Below, one piece after another: positions 53,257 to 64,000 of a DNA stretch of 64,000 bases; the stretch's first letter is position 1; every line of letters begins with the position of its first letter. The translations under genes and the position numbers were made by a program. Location: assembly GCA_963845565.1 (NCBI GenBank), contig CAWJSJ010000004.1, forward strand, positions 64,001-128,000. The letters run 5' to 3'. The DNA is from an uncultured Methylomirabilota bacterium (GTDB lineage Bacteria > Methylomirabilota > Methylomirabilia > Methylomirabilales > 2-02-FULL-66-22). The notes beneath the pieces were generated by a model. The model was not told the DNA's origin and made no database searches. It was given only the letters and a program-made list of their open reading frames with translations.

Positions 53257-56200
53257 ATGCCACACGCCGATTTTGTTCATCTCCACCTGCACACGCAGTA
53301 CTCGCTCCTGGACGGGGCGTGCCAGCTGGATCGGTTGATCGCCAAGGCCAAGGAATACAGGATGCCGGCCCTGGCGATGACGGATCACGGCAACCTGTTC
53401 GGAGCGGTGGACTTCTACGCGCAGGCCTCCAAAGAGGGGATCAAGCCCATCATCGGGTGCGAGCTCTACATGGCCCCGGGCAGCCGCTTCGAGCGCACGC
53501 CGCAGGACGGCCAGTACGAGGGGGCGAACCATATCACGCTCTTGTGCCGGGACCTCGTCGGATACAAGAACCTGATCAAGCTGGTGACGGCGGGATACTT
53601 GGAGGGGTTCTACTACAAGCCCCGCATCGATCGGGAACTGTTCGCACAGCACGCCCAGGGCCTGGTGGTGCTGTCGGGGTGCCTGAACAGCGAACTGGGT
53701 CACGCCCTGCTCGACACGGACGAAGCCAAGGCCGCGCAGATCGCCAAGTTCTACCTGGACGCGGTGGGCAAGGAGAACTACTACCTGGAGATCCAGGATC
53801 ACGGCTTGGAGGACCAGCGTACGATGACGCGCGGGGTCCTGCCGCTCGCCAAGCGGCTGGGCATCCCGGTGGTCGCCAGCAACGACGTCCACTACCTGAA
53901 CGCGAGTGACCACAAGGCCCACGAGGTCCTGCTCTGCGTCCAGACCGGCAAGACGCTGCGGGACGCGGACCGCTGGCGCTTCAGCTCCCAGCAGTTCTAC
54001 CTCAAGTCGCCGCTGGAGATGCAGACGCTCTTCGGCGAAGTGCCGGAAGCCCTGCGCAACACCATCGCCATCGCGGAACGCTGCAATCTGGAGCTGACCT
54101 TCGGCAAGATCCGGCTGCCCAAGTACGCGGTGCCCGACGGGTACACGCTGGATTCCTACCTGCGGAAGCTGGCCGAGGAGGGCCTCCGCAAGCGGTACGA
54201 CGAGCCTGGCGCGGAGGCGCTCGACCGGCTGAACCGGGAGCTCGAGGTCATCAAGAAGATGGGGTTCGCGGGCTACTTCCTGGTGGTCTGGGACTTCATC
54301 AGCTACGCCCGGTCGCGCGGGATCCCGGTGGGACCCGGGCGCGGCTCGGCGGCCGGGTCTCTGGTGGCGTACAGCTTGGCGATCACCAACATCGACCCGC
54401 TTACGCTACGGCCTGCTGTTCGAGCGGTTCCTGAACCCCGAGCGGATCAGCATGCCGGACATGGACATCGACTTCTGCGACGAGCGGCGAGACGAGGTCA
54501 TCGAGTACGTCCGAAAAAAATACGGGGCCGAGAACGTCTCCCAGATCATCACCTTCGGGACCCTGGGCGCCAAGGCGGTCATCCGGGACGTCGCCCGGGC
54601 GATGGGGATGACGTACGCGGAGGGGGACAAGATCGCCAAGATGGTCCCCAACACCCTGAACATCTCCCTGGACGAGGCCGTCAAGGATTCGGCGCCGCTG
54701 AAGCAGGCGATCGAGCAGCAGCCGGGGGTGGCGGAATTGATCGAGACGGCGAAGGTGCTGGAGGGGCTGACCCGCCACGCCTCGACCCACGCCGCCGGGG
54801 TGGTGATTTCCAGCGAGCCCCTCACCGAGCACGTCCCGCTGTACAAGGGGGCCAAGGGCGAAATCACGACCCAGTACGCCATGACGGCCATCGAGAAGAT
54901 CGGCCTGCTCAAGATGGATTTCCTGGGCCTCCGGACGCTGAGCGTGATCGCCAACAGCGTCAAGCTGATCGCGCAGAGCCGCGGCGTCACGGTGGATGTC
55001 GAGCGCATTCCCCACGACGATCCGGCGGCCTTTCAGCTCCTGGGGGAGGCCAAGACGTTCGGTGTCTTCCAGCTGGAGTCCTCGGGCATGCGCGATCTGC
55101 TCCGGCAGCTTCGCCCAGGCCGGATCGAGGACGTGGTGGCCCTGGTGGCCATGTACCGGCCGGGACCGATGGAGCAGATCCCCAAGTTCATCGAGCGAAA
55201 GCACGGTCGGACCAAAGTGGAGTACGAGCACCCGCTGATGGAGGCCATCCTCAAAGAGACCTACGGGATCATGGTCTACCAAGAGCAGGTCATGCGGATT
55301 GCCTCGGACCTTGCGGGCTTCTCCATGGGCGAGGCGGATATCCTCCGGCGAGCGATGGGCAAGAAGAGCCCGGAGTTGATGGCCGAGCAACGGAAGAAAT
55401 TCGTGGACGGGGCCCTGGCGCATGGCGTGCCGGAGAAGAAGGCGGACAAGATCTTCAGCCTGATGGAGCAATTCGCGGGGTACGGCTTCAACAAGTCCCA
55501 CGCGGCGGCGTACGCCATCATCGCGTACCAGACGGCGTACCTGAAGGCCAACTACCCGGTCGAGTTCATGGCCGCCCTGCTCACCTCGGAGACTTCCGAC
55601 ACCGACAAGATCGTCAAGTACATCGAGGAATGCCGGACCATGGGGATCCAGGTGCTGCCCCCGGACGTGAACGAGTCGAGCAGCGACTTCACGGTGGTGG
55701 GGGACAAGATCCGGTTCGGACTGGTGGCGGTCAAGAACGTGGGGGAGACGGCCATCCACTCCATTCTGGCGGCGCGGACCGGGGAGGGGCGTTTCCGCGA
55801 CCTCTTCGATTTCTGTGAGCGCGTGGACCTGCGGCTGGTCAACAAGCGCGTGGTCGAGGCCCTCATCAAGTGCGGCGCGTTCGACTCGCTGGGAGCGCGG
55901 CGCGCTCAGCTCATGGCCGTGCTGGACAAAGCCGTGGAGGCGGCCGCCTCCACGCAGCGGGACCGCGCCCGCGGTCAGGGGTCCCTCCTGGATGTCCTGT
56001 CGCCGACGGGCACCGGGCACCGCGCGTCGCCGGCCATGCCCGACCTGCCGGAGTGGGACCGGTTGCAGCTCCTGGCGACGGAGAAAGAGACGCTGGGGTT
56101 CTATATCACCGGGCATCCCCTGGCGGAGCACCGCGGGCTGTTGGCCAAGTACGCCACGACCCCGGCGGAGGAGTTGCCCACCCTCCAGGACAAGGCCACG

Positions 56201-56695
56201 GTGCGTGTGGGGGCCATTGTGACCGCGGTGAAAGAGATCAGCACCAAGAGCGGGGATCGGATGGCGTTTGTGACGCTGGAAGACCTGACGGGCTCGGTGG
56301 AGACGGTGGTCTTTCCCGACGTGTATCGGTCCAGCATGCTGCATCTGGCCAAGGACTCGGCGGTTCTCGTCAAGGGGCAGCTTGACCTCGCCGAGGATGG
56401 CGCGGTCAAGCTGCTCGTGAGCGAGGTGCGGCCGCTGGCATTGTCGGGCAATGGGGGCACGCCGCTCGTCGAAGTGACGCTCGGCGGGGCCGCCGCCACG
56501 CCCGAGGCACTGCGTCGACTGGAGGGCATCCTGCGGGCCCATCCGGGGAACGCTGCGCTGCGGCTGCACCTCGACCTGCCCGACGGGAAACGCGTGACGA
56601 TCGCACCGGCGACCTCCCTCAGTGTGACGCCCGACGAGAAGCTCCGACAGGCGTTGGAGGCGGAATTCGGCGTGGGGTGCCTGACGCTGCGATAG
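53257..56695 (+). CDS. dnaE: DNA polymerase III alpha subunit; +1 frameshift near 54403, likely an assembly error
   Basis: [19 protein letters not shown], then [26 protein letters not shown] in the next frame. Confidence 0.95.
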
Positions 56696-56793
56696 TCCGA
56701 CGAGTCGGCCCATCCGCAACGACACGGGTTGGCATCCGAAGGGATCGTTGGTCATTTGGTGTTCAGTGTGGGGTTTCCGAGGGGGTGAGGGGC

Positions 56794-57753
56794 ATGCCGG
56801 GCTACACCTTGGAATTCGAGCGGCCAATTCTCGAACTCCAGACGAAGATCCAGGAACTGAAGCAGCTGGCACAGGACGAGCGGGCGGACTTCACTGCGGA
56901 GATCGTGCGCTTGGAGCGGAAAGTGGCGCGTCTCCAGGACGAGGTGTTTGCCAGCCTGACCGCCTGGCAGCGGGCGCAGATCGCGCGCCATCCGAGCCGG
57001 CCGTACAGCCTGGACTATATTCGACTCATGCTCACCGACTTCGTTGAACTGCACGGCGATCGCGGCTACGCCGACGACCGGGCCATCGTGGGCGGGCTGG
57101 CGCGCCTGGATGGCACGCCCTTGGTCGTGATCGGTCAGCAGAAGGGGCGAGATACCAAAGAGAAGCTGATGCGGAACTTCGCCATGGCCCACCCCGAAGG
57201 ATACCGGAAGGCCTTGCGCCTGATGCACCTGGCAGAGAAGTTCCGACGGCCGATTCTCACCCTGGTGGATACCCCCGGGGCGTATCCGGGGATCGGGGCC
57301 GAAGAGCGAGGTCAAGCCGAGGCGATCGCGCGGAACCTGCGGGAGATGGCGCACCTCCCGGTCCCGGTCGTGGTGGCGATCGTGGGGGAGGGCGGATCGG
57401 GGGGCGCGCTTGGTTTGGCCGTGGGGGATCGCATCCTGATGCTCGAATACGCCATCTACTCCGTCATCTCCCCCGAGGGCTGCGCGTCCATCCTCTGGCG
57501 GGACCCCGGCAAGGCCCCGGAGGCGGCTGCCGCCATGCGGATTACCGCCCATGACCTCCAGCGACTCGACCTGATCGACGAGATCGTTCCGGAGCCGGTG
57601 GGCGGCGCGCATCGGAACCATCCGGAGATGGTCGCCACGCTCAAGGAGGCGGTGATCAAGGCGTTCCGGGCGTTGCGCCAGGTACCGGTCGATGTGCTGC
57701 TGGAGCAGCGGTATCAGAAGTTTCGACGCATGGGCGTCTTCGAGGAAGGGTAG
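56794..57753 (+). CDS. accA: Acetyl-CoA carboxylase carboxyltransferase alpha subunit
   Basis: LEFERPI, ELHGDR, DTPGAYPG, GEGGSGGA, SVISPEGC. Confidence 0.97.
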   Translation: MPGYTLEFERPILELQTKIQELKQLAQDERADFTAEIVRLERKVARLQDEVFASLTAWQRAQIARHPSRPYSLDYIRLMLTDFVELHGDRGYADDRAIVGGLARLDGTPLVVIGQQKGRDTKEKLMRNFAMAHPEGYRKALRLMHLAEKFRRPILTLVDTPGAYPGIGAEERGQAEAIARNLREMAHLPVPVVVAIVGEGGSGGALGLAVGDRILMLEYAIYSVISPEGCASILWRDPGKAPEAAAAMRITAHDLQRLDLIDEIVPEPVGGAHRNHPEMVATLKEAVIKAFRALRQVPVDVLLEQRYQKFRRMGVFEEG

Positions 57754-57936
57754 GGTGGGGAACGCAGAGCCACGAGCCACGAGACGAGAGCCGAGAGCGC
57801 AGGGGGGCGGGTGGCCGAAGCCGGAACGCGCGCGCCACTAATCGCCGACCCCCGAGCTGACCGCTGCCGTCTGACCTCTGATCTCTGCCCTCGGTCCTCT
57901 GATCGTATACGGCCCGATGCATCCGGAGGTGGAGCG

Positions 57937-58209
57937 ATGTTATTTATGGTGATCGAGCGATTCAAGAACCGCGATGCCAAGGCGGTATACCGACGATTCC
58001 GGGAGAAGGGCCGCATGGCGCCGGAGGGCCTGACCTACGTCGGGAGCTGGATCGAGGCGAACTGGGACCGCTGCTTCCAGTTGATGGAGTGCCAGGATGC
58101 CCGATTGCTCCAGCAGTGGGTGACCCAGTGGCAGGATCTGTGTGAGTTCGAGTTCGTCCCCGTCGTTCCATCCAAAGAGACCGTGGACATCATCACCCCG
58201 TTGCTCTAA
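57937..58209 (+). CDS. DUF3303-family protein
   Basis: MLFMVIERF, GRMAPEGL, RCFQLME, WQDL.EFE.VPV. Confidence 0.8.
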   Translation: MLFMVIERFKNRDAKAVYRRFREKGRMAPEGLTYVGSWIEANWDRCFQLMECQDARLLQQWVTQWQDLCEFEFVPVVPSKETVDIITPLL

Positions 58210-58242
58210 ATCCCTCGCAGCCCGTGAAGGAGCGCCCCAACT

Positions 58243-59286
58243 ATGCCGACCCTGAAATGTGAACCACTCGAATCGTTGGCCTGCGACGTCTTCCGGGCCA
58301 TCACCGTTCCGCCGGCCGGCGCGGCCTGGATGGCCAAGCTGCTGATTCGGGCCAACCTGCGCGGGCATGACTCTCACGGCGTGATCCGGGTTCCTCAATA
58401 TGTTGCCTCCTGGAAGAAAGGGGAGGCGGACCCCAAGGCCGAACCGGTGGTGGTCCAGGATGGGCCGGCGACCGCGCTGGTGGATGGGAAGCGCGGGTTC
58501 GGACAGATTGTGGCCAGGCGTGGCATGGAGGTGGCGATGGCCAAGGCGGCCGCCATCGGCGTCGCCGCCGTGGGCGTGTACAACAGCAATCACATCGGCC
58601 GCCTGGCGGACTACACCGAGATGGCGCTGGAGCGGGACATGCTCGCCCTGCTTGCCGTGAACGCGGGCGGCGCGGGGCAGCGCATGGCACCGTGGGGTGG
58701 GCGGGCGCCGCGCCTCAGCACCAATCCGTTCGCGTTCGCCTGTCCCACCGGCAGCGCGGTCCCCATCAGCTTCGATGTGGCGACTACGGTGGCCGCGGAA
58801 GGCAAAGTGCGGCTCAAGCGCAACCGTAAGGAGCAGGCACCACCCGGATGGCTCATCGACGCCGACGGCAAGCCGACGACCGATCCGAACACCCTCTACG
58901 GCACGCCGGAGGGGAGCATCTTGCCGGTGGGCGGCCACAAGGGATACTCCCTGGCCCTGATGGTGGAGGTGCTGGGAGGTATCATGGCACGGGCGGGCCA
59001 CTCCCGCGAGAATCCGGGACCCGTCATGAACGGGATTTTCATGGTGGTGGTGGACATCGCCCGCTTCGTTTCGCCGCAGAACTTCCGGTCGGAGGCGGAC
59101 GACCTGATCCGCTATCTGAAGACATCTCCCCTGGTGCCCGGGGTGAGCGAGATCATGTACCCGGGAGAGCCCGAGGCGAGGTCGGAAGCGGAGCGGTTGC
59201 AGAAGGGCATCTTTGTCGAGGAGGAGACCTGGGGCCAGATCGTCCAGGCGGCGCGGGACCTCGGTGTGACGGTTCCGGCGGTCTGA
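58243..59286 (+). CDS. Ldh_2-family oxidoreductase (second paralog)
   Basis: ANLRGHDSHG, NSNHIG, STNP, GHKGY, YPGE. Confidence 0.9.
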   Translation: MPTLKCEPLESLACDVFRAITVPPAGAAWMAKLLIRANLRGHDSHGVIRVPQYVASWKKGEADPKAEPVVVQDGPATALVDGKRGFGQIVARRGMEVAMAKAAAIGVAAVGVYNSNHIGRLADYTEMALERDMLALLAVNAGGAGQRMAPWGGRAPRLSTNPFAFACPTGSAVPISFDVATTVAAEGKVRLKRNRKEQAPPGWLIDADGKPTTDPNTLYGTPEGSILPVGGHKGYSLALMVEVLGGIMARAGHSRENPGPVMNGIFMVVVDIARFVSPQNFRSEADDLIRYLKTSPLVPGVSEIMYPGEPEARSEAERLQKGIFVEEETWGQIVQAARDLGVTVPAV

Positions 59287-59296
59287 GTGACAAGAG

Positions 59297-59357
59297 CCGA
59301 CAGGGACAGGGACAGGGGGGTGAGGTCGGATATCCCTGTCTCTGTCGCTGTCGGTTT
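59297..59357. terminator. Hairpin built from hexamer repeats between convergent genes
   Basis: CCGACAGGGACAGGGACAGGG...CCCTGTCTCTGTCGCTGTCGG-TTTT. Confidence 0.6.
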
Positions 59358-60740
59358 TTATCCCTGGAGGGCGGCGATCGGCCGGCCCGTGTTGTAGAGG
59401 CGGAGTTTCCGGTAGAGAGTGCGCTCCGCCAGGCCGAGCATCTTGGCGGCGGCGGCGCGGTTCCCGTTGCAGTGCGCCAGTGTGCGCAGGATGGCTTCTC
59501 GCTCCAGGTGTTCCAGCGTGATCCCCACCGGCAACCGCAAGCCTTCCCTCTGCTGTAAGGCCCGCACCGAGGGCGGGAGTTCCACGGCCGTGATGCTGGA
59601 CCCCTTGGCCAACACCACGGCGCGCTCGATGCAATTCTCCAGCTCGCGCACATTTCCGGGCCACGGATAATCCATGAGGAGGGCCAGGGCATCCTCCTCG
59701 ATCCGCTCCACCGGTTTTCGCAGCTTCTTGGCGAAACGCTCCAGGAAATGACTGGCGAGGAGCGGGATATCTTCGGTGCGCTCGGCCAGATCCGGCAAGG
59801 TGATCGTGATGACGTTGACCCGATAGTACAGGTCTTCCCGGAAGGTCCCCTCGTCCACCGCCGTCAGCAAATCCCGGTTGGTGGCGGCGATGAACCGGAC
59901 GTTCACTTTAATCGTCTGGTTGGAGCCTACCGGTTTGATCTCCCCCTCTTGGATGGTACGGAGGAGCTTCACCTGCATGGACAACGGCATGTTGGCGATC
60001 TCGTCCAGGAAGAGGGTCCCGCCGTCGGCTTCCTGGAACACGCCCGGCTTGCTGCTGATGGCCCCGGTGAACGCCCCTTTCATGTGACCGAACAGTTCGC
60101 TTTCCAGGAGCGTCTCGGTCAGCCCGCCGCAGTTCAAGGCCACGAAGCGGCGGTCCTTCCGCGGGCTCTGGGCATGAATCGCGCGCGCCACCAACTCCTT
60201 CCCTGTCCCGCTCTTTCCCTGGACCAGGACGTTGCTCTCGGTTCCCGTCAGGTTCTCCAGCAGCTGAAAGACCTCCTGCAACCGGACGCTCTTCCCGATG
60301 AGGTCCTTGTAGGTGTACCGCCGATCCAGCTCCTGACGCAACGCCTCGTTCTCGCGGCGGAGTCGGATCTCCTCCACGGCCTTGCGGGTCAGGTGCAACA
60401 GGCGGTCGCGGGTGATCGGCCGGGTAATATAGCAGAGGGCCCCCCGCTTGACGGCCTTGACCGCCGAGTCGATGGTCTCGTAGGCCGTGATGAAGATCAC
60501 CTCGGGCGGATCGGGCAGGCTGCGGATCGTGTCCAGCAGGACCAGCCCGCTCGTGTCGGGTAGCGATGAAGCGGTGAAGACCAGGTCCGCCGGATCCTGT
60601 TGCAGCGCGGTCAGGGCCGCCGCCCCGGTGTCGGCCGTCCGGACGCGAAAGCCGTCGGCCTCCAGGGTCTCCCGGACGAGGCCGCAGGCGTCGGGGTCGC
60701 TCTCCACCACGAGGGCACGTCGCTCGAAGGTCATGGCCAC
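59358..60740 (-). CDS. Sigma54-dependent response regulator (NtrC/AtoC family) with atypical receiver
   Basis: GKSGTGKE, ESELFGH..GAFTGA, WPGNVREL, Fis-type HTH. Confidence 0.92.
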   Translation of the reverse strand: MAMTFERRALVVESDPDACGLVRETLEADGFRVRTADTGAAALTALQQDPADLVFTASSLPDTSGLVLLDTIRSLPDPPEVIFITAYETIDSAVKAVKRGALCYITRPITRDRLLHLTRKAVEEIRLRRENEALRQELDRRYTYKDLIGKSVRLQEVFQLLENLTGTESNVLVQGKSGTGKELVARAIHAQSPRKDRRFVALNCGGLTETLLESELFGHMKGAFTGAISSKPGVFQEADGGTLFLDEIANMPLSMQVKLLRTIQEGEIKPVGSNQTIKVNVRFIAATNRDLLTAVDEGTFREDLYYRVNVITITLPDLAERTEDIPLLASHFLERFAKKLRKPVERIEEDALALLMDYPWPGNVRELENCIERAVVLAKGSSITAVELPPSVRALQQREGLRLPVGITLEHLEREAILRTLAHCNGNRAAAAKMLGLAERTLYRKLRLYNTGRPIAALQG

Positions 60741-60816
60741 ATCCGACTCCAGGTCACGGTGTTACCCCCGAGGGGACCGTGGGCGGGGAGCTCCCGCCGA
60801 TTGCGGGGTCGCCACG

Positions 60817-60834
60817 TTGCAGGATTTCCGCCAA
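60817..60834 (-). promoter_or_regulatory. Possible sigma54 -24/-12 promoter
   Basis: TTGGCGGAAATCCTGCA with GG-N10-GC spacing; imperfect match. Confidence 0.3.
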
Positions 60835-60937
60835 GCGCACCGCGAATGCGGACCGAGGCAGCACTTCGTCGCAGCCTGCCTCGGCCGCCACCGTCCGTAC
60901 GACGCCGGTCGCGACGGTGCCATCCTCTCCCGCGCGG

Positions 60938-62155
60938 TTAGTCATGTAGTCGCTTCGGTACCTTCGGGGCCCGCAGTCGGTGGGCCGATTGCAGCCCCGA
61001 ACCGAGCAAAGGCCGGCAGTAGTACCGGAAGGCGTCGGTCACGTTGTTGCCCGCGGCATTGATGAAGTCGTCCGGCATGTGCCGCGTCTTGCCGGCGACC
61101 TCGTTCAATGGGACGAGGCGGTAGTCGACCGAATACTCCCCGATCCGCTGGATCGTGATGGACCCGTCCTGATTGTGCCAGATGGCGTACTGGGCGGCCT
61201 TTTCGCCGACCTCCCGCGCCTCGTGTTGGTCCACGTCCGACACGCAGCCGAAAAACGAGCGTTGCAGATAGCCGAAGGTGTCGGAGCGCACCCGCTTGAT
61301 GTTCAGCTTCTTGCGGACCATCTCGGCCAGCAAGTCCCCCAGGGCACCCGTTCCCGACAGCTGCACGTTGCCGTGGGCGTCCTTTTCCAGGGCCTCCATC
61401 GACTTCATCAGGATGGGGGTCCCCTGGGCGTCCTGGATGCCCTCCGAGGCCGCCACCACACAGCGGCCGAACTTGTCGTGGACCGTTTTCACGTCCCCCA
61501 GGAATCGGTCCATGTCGAATGGCCGCTCCGGGAGATACACCAGGTGCGGGCCGTCGTCCGGGTACTTCCGGGCGAGAGACGAAGCCGCCGTCAGGAACCC
61601 GGCATGCCGTCCCATGACGATGGCGATGTAGACGCCCGGCAGGGCCCGGTTGTCCAGATTGGCGCCGATGAACGCCTGGGCCACGAAGCGCGCCGCGGAC
61701 CCATAGCCTGGGGTATGGTCGTTCACCGTGAGGTCGTTGTCGATCGTCTTGGGGATATGAATCGCGCGAAACTCGTAGTTGGCCGCCTCGGCCTGCTCGT
61801 TCACGATGTGCACCGTGTCCGCCGAGTCGTTCCCGCCGATATAGAAGAAGTAGCGCGCGTCGTGGGCCTTCAGGACGCGGAAAATCTCCTGGCAGTATTT
61901 CTTGTCCGGTTTGTCCCGGGTAGAAAACAGCGCCGAGGACGGCGTGATGGCCACCTGCTCCAGATTGTGGGTGGTTTCCTGGGTCAGATCCACGAACTCC
62001 TCGTTGATGATTCCCCGCACCCCGTTGATGGCTCCATACACGCTGGTGACCTGGGGAAATTTCCGGGATTCGAGGACCACGCCAGCGAGGGACTGGTTGA
62101 TTACCGCAGTGGGACCGCCCCCTTGGGCGACCACGACCTTTCCGACGAGCGCCAT
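60938..62155 (-). CDS. 6-phosphofructokinase, probably PPi-dependent
   Basis: QGGGPT, IGGNDS, PKTIDND, MGR; Asp and Lys at the PPi-type positions. Confidence 0.9.
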   Translation of the reverse strand: MALVGKVVVAQGGGPTAVINQSLAGVVLESRKFPQVTSVYGAINGVRGIINEEFVDLTQETTHNLEQVAITPSSALFSTRDKPDKKYCQEIFRVLKAHDARYFFYIGGNDSADTVHIVNEQAEAANYEFRAIHIPKTIDNDLTVNDHTPGYGSAARFVAQAFIGANLDNRALPGVYIAIVMGRHAGFLTAASSLARKYPDDGPHLVYLPERPFDMDRFLGDVKTVHDKFGRCVVAASEGIQDAQGTPILMKSMEALEKDAHGNVQLSGTGALGDLLAEMVRKKLNIKRVRSDTFGYLQRSFFGCVSDVDQHEAREVGEKAAQYAIWHNQDGSITIQRIGEYSVDYRLVPLNEVAGKTRHMPDDFINAAGNNVTDAFRYYCRPLLGSGLQSAHRLRAPKVPKRLHD

Positions 62156-62321
62156 TGGTTCCTCCTCAGGACCGCGAACCGAACTGCTACGACCGACGAC
62201 GAATGCGACACATCGAAACCGCGTGTATTTCTATCACATCGGCGGAACGTAGGTAAAGCGGAAAGGCCGCCATGCGGGGTAGGAAGGCCCACCCACCGGA
62301 AGGTCCGCTCACCGCGAGGCG

Positions 62322-63014
62322 TCACTCGGCGCGGCGGAAGCGAAACTCCAGAGACGGCGTTCCGGCCAGATCCCGGAGGACGGCGACCAGGCGCAGGTCC
62401 TGGACCTCGGGAGCGGGGCGCGGGAAGTAGAGAAAACCGCGGACCTCCGCCCCGGGCTGGATCGGCCCCTCCGCCAGGCCGAGCGGGATGATGTCCCGGG
62501 TGTCGCTTCCCCAGGAGCCGAAGGTGACTCCCAGTCCGCCCCCAAAGGAGGATCTCCCGCCGGAGGAGCCGCCGAAACCCACCGAGGGTGAGATGCCGAC
62601 GCCGGATCCCGACCCGCCCCCATACATGGCCGCCACGTCGGCCGGGGGGATGGGCAGGTACTGGCGATTGGACTGGTCGAGGAGCGCGAAATCCTGACGC
62701 GCCGCCATCACCGGGCGCGTGCCGGTGTTTCTGAGCGTGATCTGCAGCGGGAGGACGGTGTCGGTGAGGCCGCTGGGTCGCGCCTTCCAGGCGCCGATCT
62801 CCACCGCGACGAGGAGGCCGGGGACCTCCTGCAGGATCGGCCCCGCCATGCCCGGCGCATCCGGGACCAGCGCCGGTCCGGCGCAGGCGCCGATATTCGC
62901 GCACACGAGGAGCAGGCCGAACAGGCGGCCTTTCCCCTTGACACGGTGGAGGCGGCCGAGTACGGTGGCGTCGAAACCGAGCAGCGGTCGGCGCGTCGTC
63001 AGTTGCGGTCGCAT
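62322..63014 (-). CDS. Hypothetical lipoprotein-like protein
   Basis: Hydrophobic stretch ending IGAC, Gly-rich loop, GFLYFP; start uncertain. Confidence 0.55.
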   Translation of the reverse strand: MRPQLTTRRPLLGFDATVLGRLHRVKGKGRLFGLLLVCANIGACAGPALVPDAPGMAGPILQEVPGLLVAVEIGAWKARPSGLTDTVLPLQITLRNTGTRPVMAARQDFALLDQSNRQYLPIPPADVAAMYGGGSGSGVGISPSVGFGGSSGGRSSFGGGLGVTFGSWGSDTRDIIPLGLAEGPIQPGAEVRGFLYFPRPAPEVQDLRLVAVLRDLAGTPSLEFRFRRAE

Positions 63015-63072
63015 GTCATCCTCCGAGGTTACGCGGGTCGCGTGACCTTTTTTCATTTCCCGAGGGGGGCCC

Positions 63073-64000
63073 ATGGCCGAGATCATTCCGTTTCGCGCGC
63101 TCCGGTACGACCCGCACCGCATCCCAGACCTCGCGCAGGTGGTGACGCCCCCATACGACATCATCTCGCCCGAGGCGCAGGACCGGTATTACGCCCGGCA
63201 CCCGCAGAGTGTCGTTCGGTTGGTCCTGGCCAAGTCCGAGACGCAGGGCGGGCCGGGAGCCAGCCGGTACGCGCAAGCCGCCGCGACCTATGCGGCGTGG
63301 CGGCGCGACGGGATCCTTCGTCGCGACCCGACGCCAACGATCTATCTGTACGAACAGGAGTTCTCGGCGGGCCAGACATCCCGCCTGCGGCGGCGCGGGT
63401 TGCTGGCATTGGTCCGGCTTCACGAGTACGCCGAGCGGGTGATCCTTCCCCACGAGCGCACCTTTTCCCGCCACAAAGATGACCGCCTGCAACTCATGCG
63501 CGCCTGCCCCGCCAACCTGGAGGCCATCCTCGGATTCTACCCGGGCGCGAACCAGGCGATCGGTGCCCTTCTGGATCGGTATATGAATACGAAACCGGCG
63601 GTCCGCTTGGTGGACGAGGAGGGGATCGGCCACCGGCTGTGGCAGGTGGCAGCCCCGCCAGACGTGGTGACCCTGTGCGCCGCGCTCCGCGACCGCCCGG
63701 TCGTGATCGCGGACGGCCACCATCGGTACGAGACGGCGCTCACCTTCCGGAACGAGCGTCGGAGCCAAGACCCAACACCGGCGGCCGCGGCGGGCCACCG
63801 ACTCGACGATTTCGTCTTGATGAATCTGGTGTCGTCGGACGATCCCGGGCTGGTGATCCTGCCGACCCACCGGGTGATCCGCCGGCCGCCCGCACGCCGG
63901 GGGGCCGCGCTCGCCGAGGCCCTCGCAGGCCACTTCCGCATCGTGGTGTTTCCGCTGGACGCCGGCAACCCCTTGCCATCCCTCCAGGCGGCGTTAGCCG
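63073..64000 (+). CDS. DUF1015-family protein (runs off window)
   Basis: MAEIIPFRALRYD, PPYDIIS, PHERT, IADGHHRYETA, ILPTHR; absent from the ORF track because it has no stop in the window. Confidence 0.88.
   Translation, partial: MAEIIPFRALRYDPHRIPDLAQVVTPPYDIISPEAQDRYYARHPQSVVRLVLAKSETQGGPGASRYAQAAATYAAWRRDGILRRDPTPTIYLYEQEFSAGQTSRLRRRGLLALVRLHEYAERVILPHERTFSRHKDDRLQLMRACPANLEAILGFYPGANQAIGALLDRYMNTKPAVRLVDEEGIGHRLWQVAAPPDVVTLCAALRDRPVVIADGHHRYETALTFRNERRSQDPTPAAAAGHRLDDFVLMNLVSSDDPGLVILPTHRVIRRPPARRGAALAEALAGHFRIVVFPLDAGNPLPSLQAALA

Noticed and set aside
62255..62310. Three GGAAGG(C/T)CC-like motifs upstream of the phosphofructokinase gene
   Set aside because: Short, irregularly spaced and plausible by chance at this GC content

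Overview
High-GC bacterial chromosomal segment; lineage cannot be fixed from sequence alone. In order: a GntR + TctCBA + two-dehydrogenase catabolic operon; a rearranged patch (Ntn hydrolase, puuE/DegT truncation junction, cytochrome c, epoxide hydrolase, decayed 5'-truncated group II intron); cinA; and an allantoin/purine-catabolism locus (puuE, Dpp-type ABC transporter, amidohydrolase, racemase) carrying five copies of a MITE-like repeat. At 24.5-29.3 kb lies a degenerate integron: an intI C-terminal remnant and about 7 cassettes, several with complementary core sites. The rest is mostly housekeeping (ubiD, sdhCAB, MscS, tRNA nucleotidyltransferase, trpS, guaB, guaA, dnaE, accA, PPi-PFK). 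The best find is an integron cassette encoding a MerB-like organomercurial lyase with an in-frame UGA at the expected second catalytic Cys, followed by a SECIS-like hairpin: a probable mobile selenoprotein. It is flanked on both sides by copies of a 151-bp ORF-less cassette. Single-base frameshifts, including one in essential dnaE, suggest uncorrected indel errors, so pseudogene calls are tentative.
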